Origin: an uncultured Acidobacteriota bacterium
Lineage (GTDB): Bacteria; Acidobacteriota; Thermoanaerobaculia; Gp7-AA8
Reading direction: 5' to 3'
Assembly: GCA_963822445.1 (NCBI GenBank)
Contig: CAWGHO010000003.1
Span: 672,001-736,000 of the forward strand
Length of the DNA stretch: 64,000 nt
Part shown: piece by piece, positions 48,993-57,751 of the stretch
Position numbering within the stretch: the first letter of the stretch is position 1
Layout: every line of letters starts with the position of its first letter
The notes under the pieces: model-generated
What the model was told of the DNA's origin: nothing
What the model saw: only the letters and a program-made list of their open reading frames with translations
The model's database searches: none
Translations under genes and position numbers: made by a program

Positions 48993-50249
48993 CTACGTCC
49001 GCAGAACCTTCCCGGTCTTCCCCGTGATCAGCCGCGCGCCGCGTTGGTAGGTGAGGTAGGCCCACGCCCATTGCGTGATCACCAGGAAGCGGTTGCGGAA
49101 GCCGATCAGGAAGAAGATGTGGATCGCCAGCCAGGCGAACCACGCGAGGAAGCCGCTCAGTTTGAACTTGCCGAAGTCCGCGACGGCGGCGGCGCGACCG
49201 ATCGTCGCCAGCGAGCCTTTGTCTCTGTAGCGAAAGGGCCGCAGCGGCTGTCCCGCGACCGCACGCTCGACATTCAGCGCCGTGAATTGCCCTTCCTGAA
49301 TCGCGGCGGGCGCGACTCCGGGCACGAACGAGCCATCGGCCTGTTTCACCGCGGCCAGATCGCCGATCACGAAGACGTTTTTGTGCCCAGGTACGGTGAG
49401 ATCGCGCTCGACGAGCACGTGACCGGCGCGATCGAGCGGGACGCCGAGGGATTTCGCGAGCGGCGACGCCTGCACGCCGGCGCCCCACAGCACGGTCCGC
49501 GTCGCAATCACCCGATCCCCGATCCGAACCTCCCGCTCATTGACCACGGAGACCATCGCGCCGGTGATCACCTCCACGCCCAACTCCACGAGCTGCTTGC
49601 GCGCTTTCTCGGACAGATCGGGCGGATACGTTGGCAGGACGCGATCTTTTCCTTCGATCAGAATCACCCGCGCGCTTTCGGACTTGATCCGCCGGAAATC
49701 GCGGACCATGGTCTGCCGCGCGATCTCGGACAGCGCGCCGGCCAGCTCCGCGCCGGTCGGTCCCGCACCGATGATCGCGAAGGTCAGCCACGCCTGCTGT
49801 TCGACGGGATCGGTCTCCCGTTCCGCCGCTTCGAACGCGAGGAGGACGCGGCGCCGGATCTCGAGCGCGTCGTCGATGGTCTTCAGACCCGGCGCGTTGC
49901 GCTCCCATTCGTCGTGACCGAAGTACGAATGCGTGGCGCCGGTGGCGATGACCAGGAAGTCGTACGCTAGCTCGCCGTCGAGCAACTGGACGCGCTTGCG
50001 GTCCATGTCGACGGCCACCGCGTCGCCGAGGATGACCGTGGCATTTTTCTGCTTGCGGAGGATGCCGCGCATGGGAGCGGCGATGTCGCTTGGATTCAGC
50101 GCTGCCGTGGCCACCTGGTAGAGCAGGGGCTGAAAGAGATGGTAGTTGTGCCGGTCGACGACCGTGACCTGCGCGTCGACGTGTTTCAGTCCGCGGGCGC
50201 AGTAGAGGCCGGCGAACCCACCGCCGATGATGACCACATGTGGAGGCAT
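48993..50249 (-). CDS. ndh: Type II NADH dehydrogenase family FAD oxidoreductase
   Basis: GGGFAG, HLFQPLLYQVATA, GAGPTGAELAG, VIGDLA, YRDKGSLATIGR. Confidence 0.93.
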   Translation of the reverse strand: MPPHVVIIGGGFAGLYCARGLKHVDAQVTVVDRHNYHLFQPLLYQVATAALNPSDIAAPMRGILRKQKNATVILGDAVAVDMDRKRVQLLDGELAYDFLVIATGATHSYFGHDEWERNAPGLKTIDDALEIRRRVLLAFEAAERETDPVEQQAWLTFAIIGAGPTGAELAGALSEIARQTMVRDFRRIKSESARVILIEGKDRVLPTYPPDLSEKARKQLVELGVEVITGAMVSVVNEREVRIGDRVIATRTVLWGAGVQASPLAKSLGVPLDRAGHVLVERDLTVPGHKNVFVIGDLAAVKQADGSFVPGVAPAAIQEGQFTALNVERAVAGQPLRPFRYRDKGSLATIGRAAAVADFGKFKLSGFLAWFAWLAIHIFFLIGFRNRFLVITQWAWAYLTYQRGARLITGKTGKVLRT

Positions 50250-50279
50250 TTCAGGCGCGACTCGCGCCGTACTCTACCC

Positions 50280-50588
50280 CTACTGCAAGGTCTCATGGCC
50301 GCTGAACCGGATCGCGAACGCGTCGATGATCCGCCGCATGTCGGCCAGGAACCCCGGATCTTCGGCGATGCGCTGTTTCATCACCACGAGAAACGGCACG
50401 TCCGCATCATCGTCGGCCGAACCGTCTCCACGCTCGATGAGATCCAGCCACTTGTCCGGATCTCCGTCGAAGAGGGTCAACAGCATCTGCATCCGCGCGA
50501 AATTCGCGGCGACCGCACCCAGGCTCCAGCGGGGGGTCCATTCCAGGACCTCAACAGAGACATCTCCAGCGAGAGTTGACGTCATCAC
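50280..50588 (-). CDS. Hypothetical protein
   Basis: AAGGAG RBS upstream; coding-like frame. Confidence 0.65.
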   Translation of the reverse strand: MMTSTLAGDVSVEVLEWTPRWSLGAVAANFARMQMLLTLFDGDPDKWLDLIERGDGSADDDADVPFLVVMKQRIAEDPGFLADMRRIIDAFAIRFSGHETLQ

Positions 50589-50666
50589 AATAATTCACTC
50601 CTTTAGCGGGACACTCAACTAAGGAGTGACGGCGGGACGGAATTCCCTACCCACGATGTTGGCGAA

Positions 50667-50821
50667 AGGGAACGACGAGGGCGCCTCCGGCGGGCGGCCA
50701 CGGGCCGCAGCGCTGGTTTTGGCGTGAACGCGATTCGTACAGCTTGCGCGGGTTTTGGCAGAAGGCACAACCAGCGCCGCGGCCCGTGGCCGCCCGCCGG
50801 AGGCGCTCTCGGTCAGTCCTT
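50667..50821. repeat. About 155-bp long-inverted-repeat element, copy 3
   Basis: gcctccggcgggcggccacgggccgc...gcggcccgtggccgcccgccggaggc arms with the same core as copy 1. Confidence 0.85.
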
Positions 50822-51214
50822 GCCAATCTTCGCGAGCTCCGGCTTCCCCACCCACCGCCCCCAGGAAAAGCAGCGGATGCAGGTGAACGTGTAGTCGGTC
50901 ACCCCCGTCTCGCCGTTCTCCTTGGCGTTCACCTCGATCTTCGACTGGCAGCGGTAGCAAAGGATCGCGTCGCCGCGCTGGAGGTTCTCCACGAACCCCT
51001 CCACCGACTGATCCTGAAACTCCATCTGCTTCGGGCGCTGGCCGATCTGGATCGTCTCCTTGCCGCGGGGGCAGGTCAGGAAAATGTGGTCGGCGAACGT
51101 CGTCTGCACGAAGCTGCCGGTCAGCGTGGCGCCGGGGTGGCGGGGGCAGGGGATCGGCTTCCCGGCCCAGTAGGCGCGGGCGAGCTCTCGCATCTGTTCG
51201 ACTTCGGTCGGCAT
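50813..51214 (-). CDS. Small protein with two putative zinc-ribbon units
   Basis: ATG 51214 (MPTEVEQM) after TACAAT; CPRH...CPRG and CYRC...CIRC. Confidence 0.8.
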   Translation of the reverse strand: MPTEVEQMRELARAYWAGKPIPCPRHPGATLTGSFVQTTFADHIFLTCPRGKETIQIGQRPKQMEFQDQSVEGFVENLQRGDAILCYRCQSKIEVNAKENGETGVTDYTFTCIRCFSWGRWVGKPELAKIGKD

Positions 51215-51231
51215 GCGCGGCGAATTGTAAG

Positions 51232-52074
51232 TCAGGGGGCCAGCGACGCCGAAGGGACCGGCGCGCGGCCGTCGACGCGGTCCTGCCAGTCGTCGCGCTG
51301 GCGGCGGAAAGGCGTCATCAGGATCCGGCCGAGGGTCACTTCGCGGTCCGATTCGTAGGCCGGGACGCCGATCGTGACTTCCTGCTGCGGCACGGCCAGG
51401 CAGATCGTGCGATGCAGGTAGTCCCACGCCGAGAGCAGGCTCGAGTAATTCGTGAACGACTCTCCCCGGCGATCCGAGTGATGGATTCCGTGCATCCGCG
51501 GCGTGACCAACAGCCGGACCAACGCGGATTCCATCCGCGCGGGCAGACGGACATTCGAATGATGGAAAAGGATCGACGCAAAGAGGATCAGTTGCCACAG
51601 CCAGACCGCTTCCAGCGACGCGCCGAAGGCCACGATCTGCGCGGCGCGGTAGAAGAACGAGATCACATGCTCGCCGAAGTGGAAGCGCAGGGCCGTCGAG
51701 GCGTCGAGGTCGCGGTCGATGTGATGCACGAGATGAAAGCGCCACAGAAACGGCACGCGATGGCTGGCCCAGTGCCACCACCACAGCGTGTAGTCGAGGA
51801 GCACGATCGCGATCGCGATCTCCATCCAGCTGCGCATCTCGAACAGGTTGAGCAACCCGAAGCGATGGACCTCGGTCCAGCGCGCGATCGGAATCACCAG
51901 CACCGCCTGCATGCCGATGCCGGCGAGGAGCGAAAGCACACTCAACGTGAGATTCCGCGCGGTGCGGCGCAGCTTCGGCTCGACGGTGCGGCGAAGCGGT
52001 TTGCGCAGCTCGAAAAACAGCAGCGCGCTCCAGGTGACGGCGATTACGCCGATGGTGATGAGTTGCGCGCGCAT
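51232..52074 (-). CDS. Sterol desaturase / fatty acid hydroxylase family protein
   Basis: His boxes WWHWASH, FHLVHH, FHHSN, MHGIHH. Confidence 0.93.
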   Translation of the reverse strand: MRAQLITIGVIAVTWSALLFFELRKPLRRTVEPKLRRTARNLTLSVLSLLAGIGMQAVLVIPIARWTEVHRFGLLNLFEMRSWMEIAIAIVLLDYTLWWWHWASHRVPFLWRFHLVHHIDRDLDASTALRFHFGEHVISFFYRAAQIVAFGASLEAVWLWQLILFASILFHHSNVRLPARMESALVRLLVTPRMHGIHHSDRRGESFTNYSSLLSAWDYLHRTICLAVPQQEVTIGVPAYESDREVTLGRILMTPFRRQRDDWQDRVDGRAPVPSASLAP

Positions 52075-53189
52075 CGCTCGACTTCCTCGAACACGCGCAT
52101 GAAGTTACCACCCAACACCTTCTCCAGATCGACTTCGCTCATGCCCCGCTCCAGCAGGCGCGCGGAAAGCGCCGGGAGATTGGCCGCCGTCGTCAGGCCC
52201 GCCGGCAAAGCAGGAACGCCGTCGAAGTCACTGCCGATGCCCACGTGATCGATCCCCGCGACCTCCGCGGCATGAAAGATGTGGTCCGCGACCTGGTCGA
52301 GCGTCGCCGTCGGGCATCCGAGGGTCTGGAACCATTCGAGGTAGGTATCCCAGTCCATCCGATCATCCGGCATCTCCTCGGTGCCCCCGGTCGGATCGCC
52401 GTTGTTCTTTTTTCGGCCTTTCTGGGCGTGCATGATCACCTGCGCGACCTCGTCGCTGATGAACGCGGAGAAGAAGTTGATCATGCACACGCCGCCGTTG
52501 CGGGCGAGCTCGCGGAGCATGTCGTCGGTCATGTTGCGCGGATGGCGGCAGAGCGCGCGGCAGGACGAATGCGTGGCCACGATCGGCACCCGCGTGGTCT
52601 CGATCGTGTGAAAGAAGGCCTTGTCCGAGACGTGGGAGATGTCGACGATCATTCCCAGATCGTTCATGGTGCGGACGACGTCGCGGCCGAAGTCGGTGAG
52701 GCCGCCGTGGCGCTCCGCGTCGCCCGACGAGTCGCACCAGTTGTTCGTGTTGACGTGAGTGAGGGTGAGGTAGCGCGCGCCGCGGTCGTACAGCTCTCGA
52801 AGGATGTCCAGCGAGTCCTCGATGGCGTGACCGCCTTCGACTCCGATCATGATCGCGATCTTGTCCGCGGCTTTCGCCGCGCGAATGCCGGCGCTGTCCG
52901 TGACCAGCGAGAGCTCGAGCGGCTTGCGCTTCGTCTCGTACTCGATGAGATCGATCAGCTTGCGGGCGAAGTCGGCCGCGCCACGATTGGCGTAGAACGG
53001 CGGGACGTACGACGCGAAGAACGTCGCCGTGATCCCGCTCTCCTGCAGCGACCTGAGATCCGCCTGCGCCTCGGTGTCATGTTCGTCGAGGTGGACGTTG
53101 TGCCGCAGCAGGCGGTAAGGCGTGTCGCAGTGGCCGTCGACGATGATGGCGCGCTTATGAACGTCGTTACTCACCGGCAAAGTACTCAT
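52044..53189 (-). CDS. Membrane dipeptidase, family M19
   Basis: DGHCD, GVEGGH, VDISH, ATHS, HPRN, VGIGSDFDG. Confidence 0.95.
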   Translation of the reverse strand: MSTLPVSNDVHKRAIIVDGHCDTPYRLLRHNVHLDEHDTEAQADLRSLQESGITATFFASYVPPFYANRGAADFARKLIDLIEYETKRKPLELSLVTDSAGIRAAKAADKIAIMIGVEGGHAIEDSLDILRELYDRGARYLTLTHVNTNNWCDSSGDAERHGGLTDFGRDVVRTMNDLGMIVDISHVSDKAFFHTIETTRVPIVATHSSCRALCRHPRNMTDDMLRELARNGGVCMINFFSAFISDEVAQVIMHAQKGRKKNNGDPTGGTEEMPDDRMDWDTYLEWFQTLGCPTATLDQVADHIFHAAEVAGIDHVGIGSDFDGVPALPAGLTTAANLPALSARLLERGMSEVDLEKVLGGNFMRVFEEVERCARNSSPSA

Positions 53190-53835
53190 CGATCCGATCG
53201 AGCTCCTTCACCATCGAGGGGATGTCGTCGAAGAGGAACTCCGCTTTGGCGAGGAGCTCGCGGTCGAAGCCGCCGCACAGCAGCGCGGCGATGGCCAGAC
53301 CGGCGCGATGCGACGCGAGGACGTCGTACGGCGTGTCGCCGGCGACGAGGGTGTTCTCCTGCTTCGTCCCCACACGCTCCAGCGCGGCCTGAAAGATCTC
53401 CGGCGACGGTTTCGAAAACTGCGCATCTCCCTTCGATGTCGAGCCCTCGAGCATGTCTTCCGCGCCGAGGAGCGAGACATAGTACTCGACCTCGTTCTCG
53501 TTCGATGACGAGGCGAAGGCGAGCTTCAACCCGCGGTCGTGGAGCTCTTTCAGCGCGTCGATGATGCCGGGAAAGGGCTGGACGGATTTCATGTATTTCT
53601 CCGTCCAGAGCTCGCCGCGATACTTCTGCAGCTTCTCGCCGATCTTCCGCATCTCCCGCGCGTTCAGGAGGTCGGGAACGAGCAGGTCGCCGCCCTTGCC
53701 GATGTGCTCACGGACCACATCCCATTCGACGTTCTTGCCGAAATGCGCGAAGGCCTCGACCCAGCAGTCTGTGTGTTTGTCATTCGAGTCGACGAGCGTG
53801 CCGTCGATGTCCAACAGGATTGCTTTCAGGTGCAC
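53167..53835 (-). CDS. HAD family hydrolase
   Basis: DIDGTLVDS, SKPSPEIF, GDTPYD; start uncertain (GTG 53835 chosen). Confidence 0.92.
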   Translation of the reverse strand: MHLKAILLDIDGTLVDSNDKHTDCWVEAFAHFGKNVEWDVVREHIGKGGDLLVPDLLNAREMRKIGEKLQKYRGELWTEKYMKSVQPFPGIIDALKELHDRGLKLAFASSSNENEVEYYVSLLGAEDMLEGSTSKGDAQFSKPSPEIFQAALERVGTKQENTLVAGDTPYDVLASHRAGLAIAALLCGGFDRELLAKAEFLFDDIPSMVKELDRIDEYFAGE

Positions 53836-53913
53836 GGGGGGCGGGGTAGCAAGCGGCGGGCCTTCGCCGCAGAATAACGACACATCCACCCCCCGTTAAT
53901 CGTCCCAAGTCCG

Positions 53914-54633
53914 ATGTTCGTAACCCTGACCGTCCTCGCCCTGGCTGTGCTCATGCTCGCCGTCGAGCGGTGGAAGCCTGGCCGAACGTTTCCGGCCGTG
54001 CGCGGGTGGTGGTGTCGGGCCATTGCGTTGAACGTGGTGCAGGTCGGGATCGTGTTCGTGGCCGGGACGACCTGGGACGGGTGGCTGATTCGCAATCGGC
54101 CCTGGTCCGCGGATCCGCTGGGGCTGGTCGGCGGCGCGATCGTCGGTTACGTGGTGATCACCTTCATTTACTACTGGTGGCATCGCGCGCGGCACGCCAG
54201 CGACTTCCTGTGGCGCTGGTTCCATCAGTTTCATCACAGCCCGCAGCGCATCGAGATCATCACCAGCTTCTACAAGCATCCCTTCGAGCTGGTGGTCAAC
54301 GGAATTCTGTCCAGCGCGATCGTCTACTGGCTGGTTGGACTCGATCTGAAGGCGGCGACGCTCGCGGTCACGCTCACCGGGATCGCGGAGCTCTTCTATC
54401 ACTGGAACGTGAAGACGCCGTACTGGATCGGCTTCGTCATTCAACGTCCGGAGAGCCATCTCGTGCATCACGAGCAGGACCTGCACGCCTTCAACTTCGG
54501 TGACCTGCCGCTGTGGGACATGCTCTTCGGCACGTTCCGGAATACGAAGGCGTGGGATGCGAAATGCGGATTCGCCGAAGAGCGCGAGTTGCGCGTCGGC
54601 GATCTTCTTCTGGGACGCGACGTCAACACATGA
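53914..54633 (+). CDS. Sterol desaturase family protein
   Basis: WWHRARH, HQFHHS, FYHWN, SHLVHH His boxes. Confidence 0.93.
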   Translation: MFVTLTVLALAVLMLAVERWKPGRTFPAVRGWWCRAIALNVVQVGIVFVAGTTWDGWLIRNRPWSADPLGLVGGAIVGYVVITFIYYWWHRARHASDFLWRWFHQFHHSPQRIEIITSFYKHPFELVVNGILSSAIVYWLVGLDLKAATLAVTLTGIAELFYHWNVKTPYWIGFVIQRPESHLVHHEQDLHAFNFGDLPLWDMLFGTFRNTKAWDAKCGFAEERELRVGDLLLGRDVNT

Positions 54634-55076
54634 AGGCCGCGGGCTTCCTCCTCGTCCTCGGACTGGCCCAGATGCTGGGCGATGTCACGCATCTCCTCCC
54701 CTTGAAAGCCGTCGCGGCCGCGACCGGCGCATCGCCCGCACCGAAAGTGTTTTCCGCGGTGCAGGGCCTCGAAACCTACTCGACCCGTTTCTTTCTCGAC
54801 CTCGGCCACGAGCGCGTCGAGCTCACACCCGAGATGTACGCGCGAATCCGAGGGCCGTACAACCGGCGCAACGTTTACGGTGCGGCGCTGGCGTACGGGC
54901 CGGTGCTGCCGGAGTCGTTGCTTCATCCGGTGATGAAGCATGCGCTGTGTGGTGATGCGCCGCTGCTTCGCGAGCTGCGATTGCGCGCGACGCGGACGCC
55001 GGCCGTCGAGCTCGAGCCGTTGCCTGGCACGTCCCTCGGCACACTGCGCACGCGCTTCGAGGCTCCCTGCGAATGA
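54630..55076 (+). CDS. Hypothetical membrane-anchored protein
   Basis: ATGA overlaps at both ends; ASPAPKVF and GPYNRRNVYGAALAYGP segments. Confidence 0.85.
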   Translation: MKAAGFLLVLGLAQMLGDVTHLLPLKAVAAATGASPAPKVFSAVQGLETYSTRFFLDLGHERVELTPEMYARIRGPYNRRNVYGAALAYGPVLPESLLHPVMKHALCGDAPLLRELRLRATRTPAVELEPLPGTSLGTLRTRFEAPCE

Positions 55077-56257
55077 AGAACGGCTGGACGGGCGGACAGT
55101 ACTCGCTCTATCGCATCGTCTTTGGCGTCTACCTCTTCATTCATTTCTTCGCGCTTGTTCCCTGGGCCGATGAAGTGTTCCACCAGATCCTGCCGCGCGA
55201 CGCCAGTCCGCTGCTGCATCTCTTCCCGAACATCCTCGCCTTCGCCGACGTGGCTTTGCCGATGCTGGTGATTGCCCAGGCCGCGGCGATCTTCTTCGCC
55301 GCCGGCTATCACGACCGCATCGCCGCTGTGGTGATGTGGTACGTCCTCGCGTGTCTCTTCGGACGCAATCCGCTGATCGCCAATCCGTCGCTGCCGTTCG
55401 TCGGATGGCTGTTGCTCGCGCACGCGTTTCTGCCGCGAGCGCCGTTCTGGTCGTGGGACGCGCGCGGCCGCGTCGATCCGCGCGGAAACTGGTCGATGCC
55501 GCCGCAGATCTTTGCCGTCGCCTGGATCGTGATGTCCCTCGGCTACTCCTACAGCGGCTACACGAAATTGATCAGTCCCTCGTGGACCGACGGGACGGCC
55601 TTCGCGCGCGTCCTCGCCAATCCGCTGGCGCGGCCGTCGTTCATTCGCGATTTCATGCTCGGCTTACCTCCGATCGCGCTCAGCGTTGCGACGTGGGGCG
55701 CGCTCGCACTGGAGTTGTTGTACGGGCCGCTGGCGCTCTTCCGCCGGGTCCGTCCCTGGCTGTGGCTGGCCATGCTGCTCATGCACCTCGGGCTGATGGT
55801 GCTGATCGACTTCGCCGACTTGAGCTTCGGCATGTTCATCCTGCATTTCTTCACCTTCGATCCCGCCTGGATTCCGCGGCGCGCGCCGGCGACCACCGAT
55901 CGCGTGCTGTACGACGGCTCGTGCGGCCTCTGCCACCGCTCGGTGCGATTTCTCATCGCCGAGGATGGGCCGGGGACGTTGTTCACGTACGAGCCGCAGG
56001 AAGGCGGCGGATCGACGGTCGTCGTCGAGACCGCGTCCGGCGAGCGTTTCACCCGATCGACCGCCGTCATTCACCTGCTGCATCGCCTCGGCGGGCTGTG
56101 GCGGGTGATCGCGATCGTCTTCGCGCTCGTGCCGCGCAGGTTGCGTGACGCGGCCTACGACTTAGTCGCGCGCGTGCGCTACCGGATTTTCGGCAAGACC
56201 AAGGATGCGTGTCCGCTCATGCCGCCGGAGCTGCGGTCGCGTTTCACGCATTCGTAA
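55073..56257 (+). CDS. HTTM-like membrane protein fused to DCC1-like (DUF393) thiol-disulfide oxidoreductase
   Basis: Y.YSG.TKL.S..W.DG.A, LELL, MHLGL; C-terminal YDGSCGLC and RDAAYD.VARVRYRIFG...C. Confidence 0.88.
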   Translation: MKNGWTGGQYSLYRIVFGVYLFIHFFALVPWADEVFHQILPRDASPLLHLFPNILAFADVALPMLVIAQAAAIFFAAGYHDRIAAVVMWYVLACLFGRNPLIANPSLPFVGWLLLAHAFLPRAPFWSWDARGRVDPRGNWSMPPQIFAVAWIVMSLGYSYSGYTKLISPSWTDGTAFARVLANPLARPSFIRDFMLGLPPIALSVATWGALALELLYGPLALFRRVRPWLWLAMLLMHLGLMVLIDFADLSFGMFILHFFTFDPAWIPRRAPATTDRVLYDGSCGLCHRSVRFLIAEDGPGTLFTYEPQEGGGSTVVVETASGERFTRSTAVIHLLHRLGGLWRVIAIVFALVPRRLRDAAYDLVARVRYRIFGKTKDACPLMPPELRSRFTHS

Positions 56258-57000
56258 ACCGCATGCCCTTTCGGGAGCCGGCGCGATCCGTACGAGCGCC
56301 GCACCTTCACGCGGAATCCGTTCTCGCGCAACAGCGCGAGCATCGCCTCGCGGTCGTGCAGCCAGAGCTGATGCACTTCCTCGGAACGCCGCACTTCGCC
56401 GTCGATCTCGCGGAAGGTGAGGATGCGGCGGGCGTTGCCTTCCTGGATGGCGATGACCGTCCAGTCGTCACCGCCGATGCGGCTCTCGTGATCGACAGCG
56501 GACTCGGCGACGTCGAAGAGCAGCAGGCGCGCGCTCATGTTGCTGATGAAGGTGCGGACCTCGTCGAACGGGGCGTAGTTCAGGACCTCGCCGATGGAAA
56601 CGACCGCGTCGCTCGCCGGCAGATCCGCCTCGGCGAATCGTGCGACTTCGAACCGCGCGTCCGGCGCGTTTGCGCGGGCCAGCTCGATCATCGCCGGAGA
56701 GGCATCGAAACCGATGACGTCGAAGCCGGCGCGAGTCAGCTCACGCGACAACACGCCGCTGCCGCAACCGATGTCGAGGACGAGCCCTTCGCGGATGTCG
56801 TGGCGCCAGAGGGTTTCGATGACGCCGATGCTCGCGGCTTCGGCGAATTCGGAGAAGCCGGCGTGGTGGATGAACGCGAGGTCTGCACCGTAATGTACGG
56901 CGGGCGTCCCGCCCGCGTCGCGCCGGGCACCCTGCCCGGCGCTCTGACGATCGGGCGACACGCCCGATCGATGCGGCCGGGACGGCCGCTCCCCGGTCAT
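56179..57000 (-). CDS. Class I SAM-dependent methyltransferase (start uncertain; first about 35 codons run through a REP element)
   Basis: YGADLAFIH, VLDIGCGSG, GFDAS..MI, GEVLNY. Confidence 0.85.
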   Translation of the reverse strand: MTGERPSRPHRSGVSPDRQSAGQGARRDAGGTPAVHYGADLAFIHHAGFSEFAEAASIGVIETLWRHDIREGLVLDIGCGSGVLSRELTRAGFDVIGFDASPAMIELARANAPDARFEVARFAEADLPASDAVVSIGEVLNYAPFDEVRTFISNMSARLLLFDVAESAVDHESRIGGDDWTVIAIQEGNARRILTFREIDGEVRRSEEVHQLWLHDREAMLALLRENGFRVKVRRSYGSRRLPKGHAVYECVKRDRSSGGMSGHASLVLPKIR

Positions 57001-57239
57001 CGCTGCGCTCCTTCAGGATCGCGGAACCTTGCGGCCTTGCAGCGTACTGCGGGCGTCCCGCCCGATCGGAGCGGCCGGGACGGCCGCCGTACGGTCATCG
57101 CTGCGCTCCTTCAGGATCGCGGAACCTTGCGGCCTTGCAGCGTAGAGCGGGCGACTCGCCCGCGGCGATCGGGCGTCGCGCCCGATCGGATGAGCGCCGG
57201 GCAGGATGCCCGGCGCGATGCGGCCGGGACGGCCGCTCC
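56895..57239. repeat. BIME-like cluster: three REP-like units separated by two identical 53-bp spacers
   Basis: Units 56895-56992, 57044-57092, 57142-57239; identical direct repeat at 56994-57046 and 57092-57144. Confidence 0.85.
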
Positions 57240-57243
57240 CCTT

Positions 57244-57747
57244 TCACCGCTCGGCTGCCTTGCGGATCGCCCGCAACATCAATCTGCGAATCAACCCACT
57301 GAACGGCCGCACCACCAGCCAGTACGCGCGAAACCTCCAGTTCGCGCAGAGCACGCGCGTCTCGGTCGAGACAAGACTCCCATCCTCACGCGGCTCGATG
57401 GCGAAGTTCCACGCGGCGCGTGCGGAATCCGGAGGCACTGGCCGACGAAACGACTCGACATCGACAGGCGTCAGCTTGCAGGCCGGTTTCCAGAACGGGC
57501 CTTCGATGCCGAGGACGATCTCTCGTGGTGGATCTTCGGCGAGCAGGCAGAAACCCTGCCGAAGAAAGAGATCGAGTGAAAAGGCGGTGGACGACATGCC
57601 GCGCAGTCTCAGGAGCATCCGCACGATCGGATGCGTGGTCAGCTCGCCGTGACGGATCACCTCGTAAATGCGGTCCGGCGTGGCCCGCACGAATGTCGAG
57701 TGATACTCGTGATAGTCGGAGTGGGGGAGCAGCCGGTCGATCAGCAC
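57244..57747 (-). CDS. Hypothetical protein (DUF2867/SRPBCC-like)
   Basis: LID.LLP..D..E.H, EIVLG..G.FW, STETRV, FRAYW..VRPFSGLIR. Confidence 0.8.
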   Translation of the reverse strand: MLIDRLLPHSDYHEYHSTFVRATPDRIYEVIRHGELTTHPIVRMLLRLRGMSSTAFSLDLFLRQGFCLLAEDPPREIVLGIEGPFWKPACKLTPVDVESFRRPVPPDSARAAWNFAIEPREDGSLVSTETRVLCANWRFRAYWLVVRPFSGLIRRLMLRAIRKAAER

Positions 57748-57751
57748 GACA

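Noticed and set aside
56895-57239. CRISPR array
   Set aside because: Only two 53-bp repeats, intervening sequences are themselves REP-like and unequal, and no cas genes are present.
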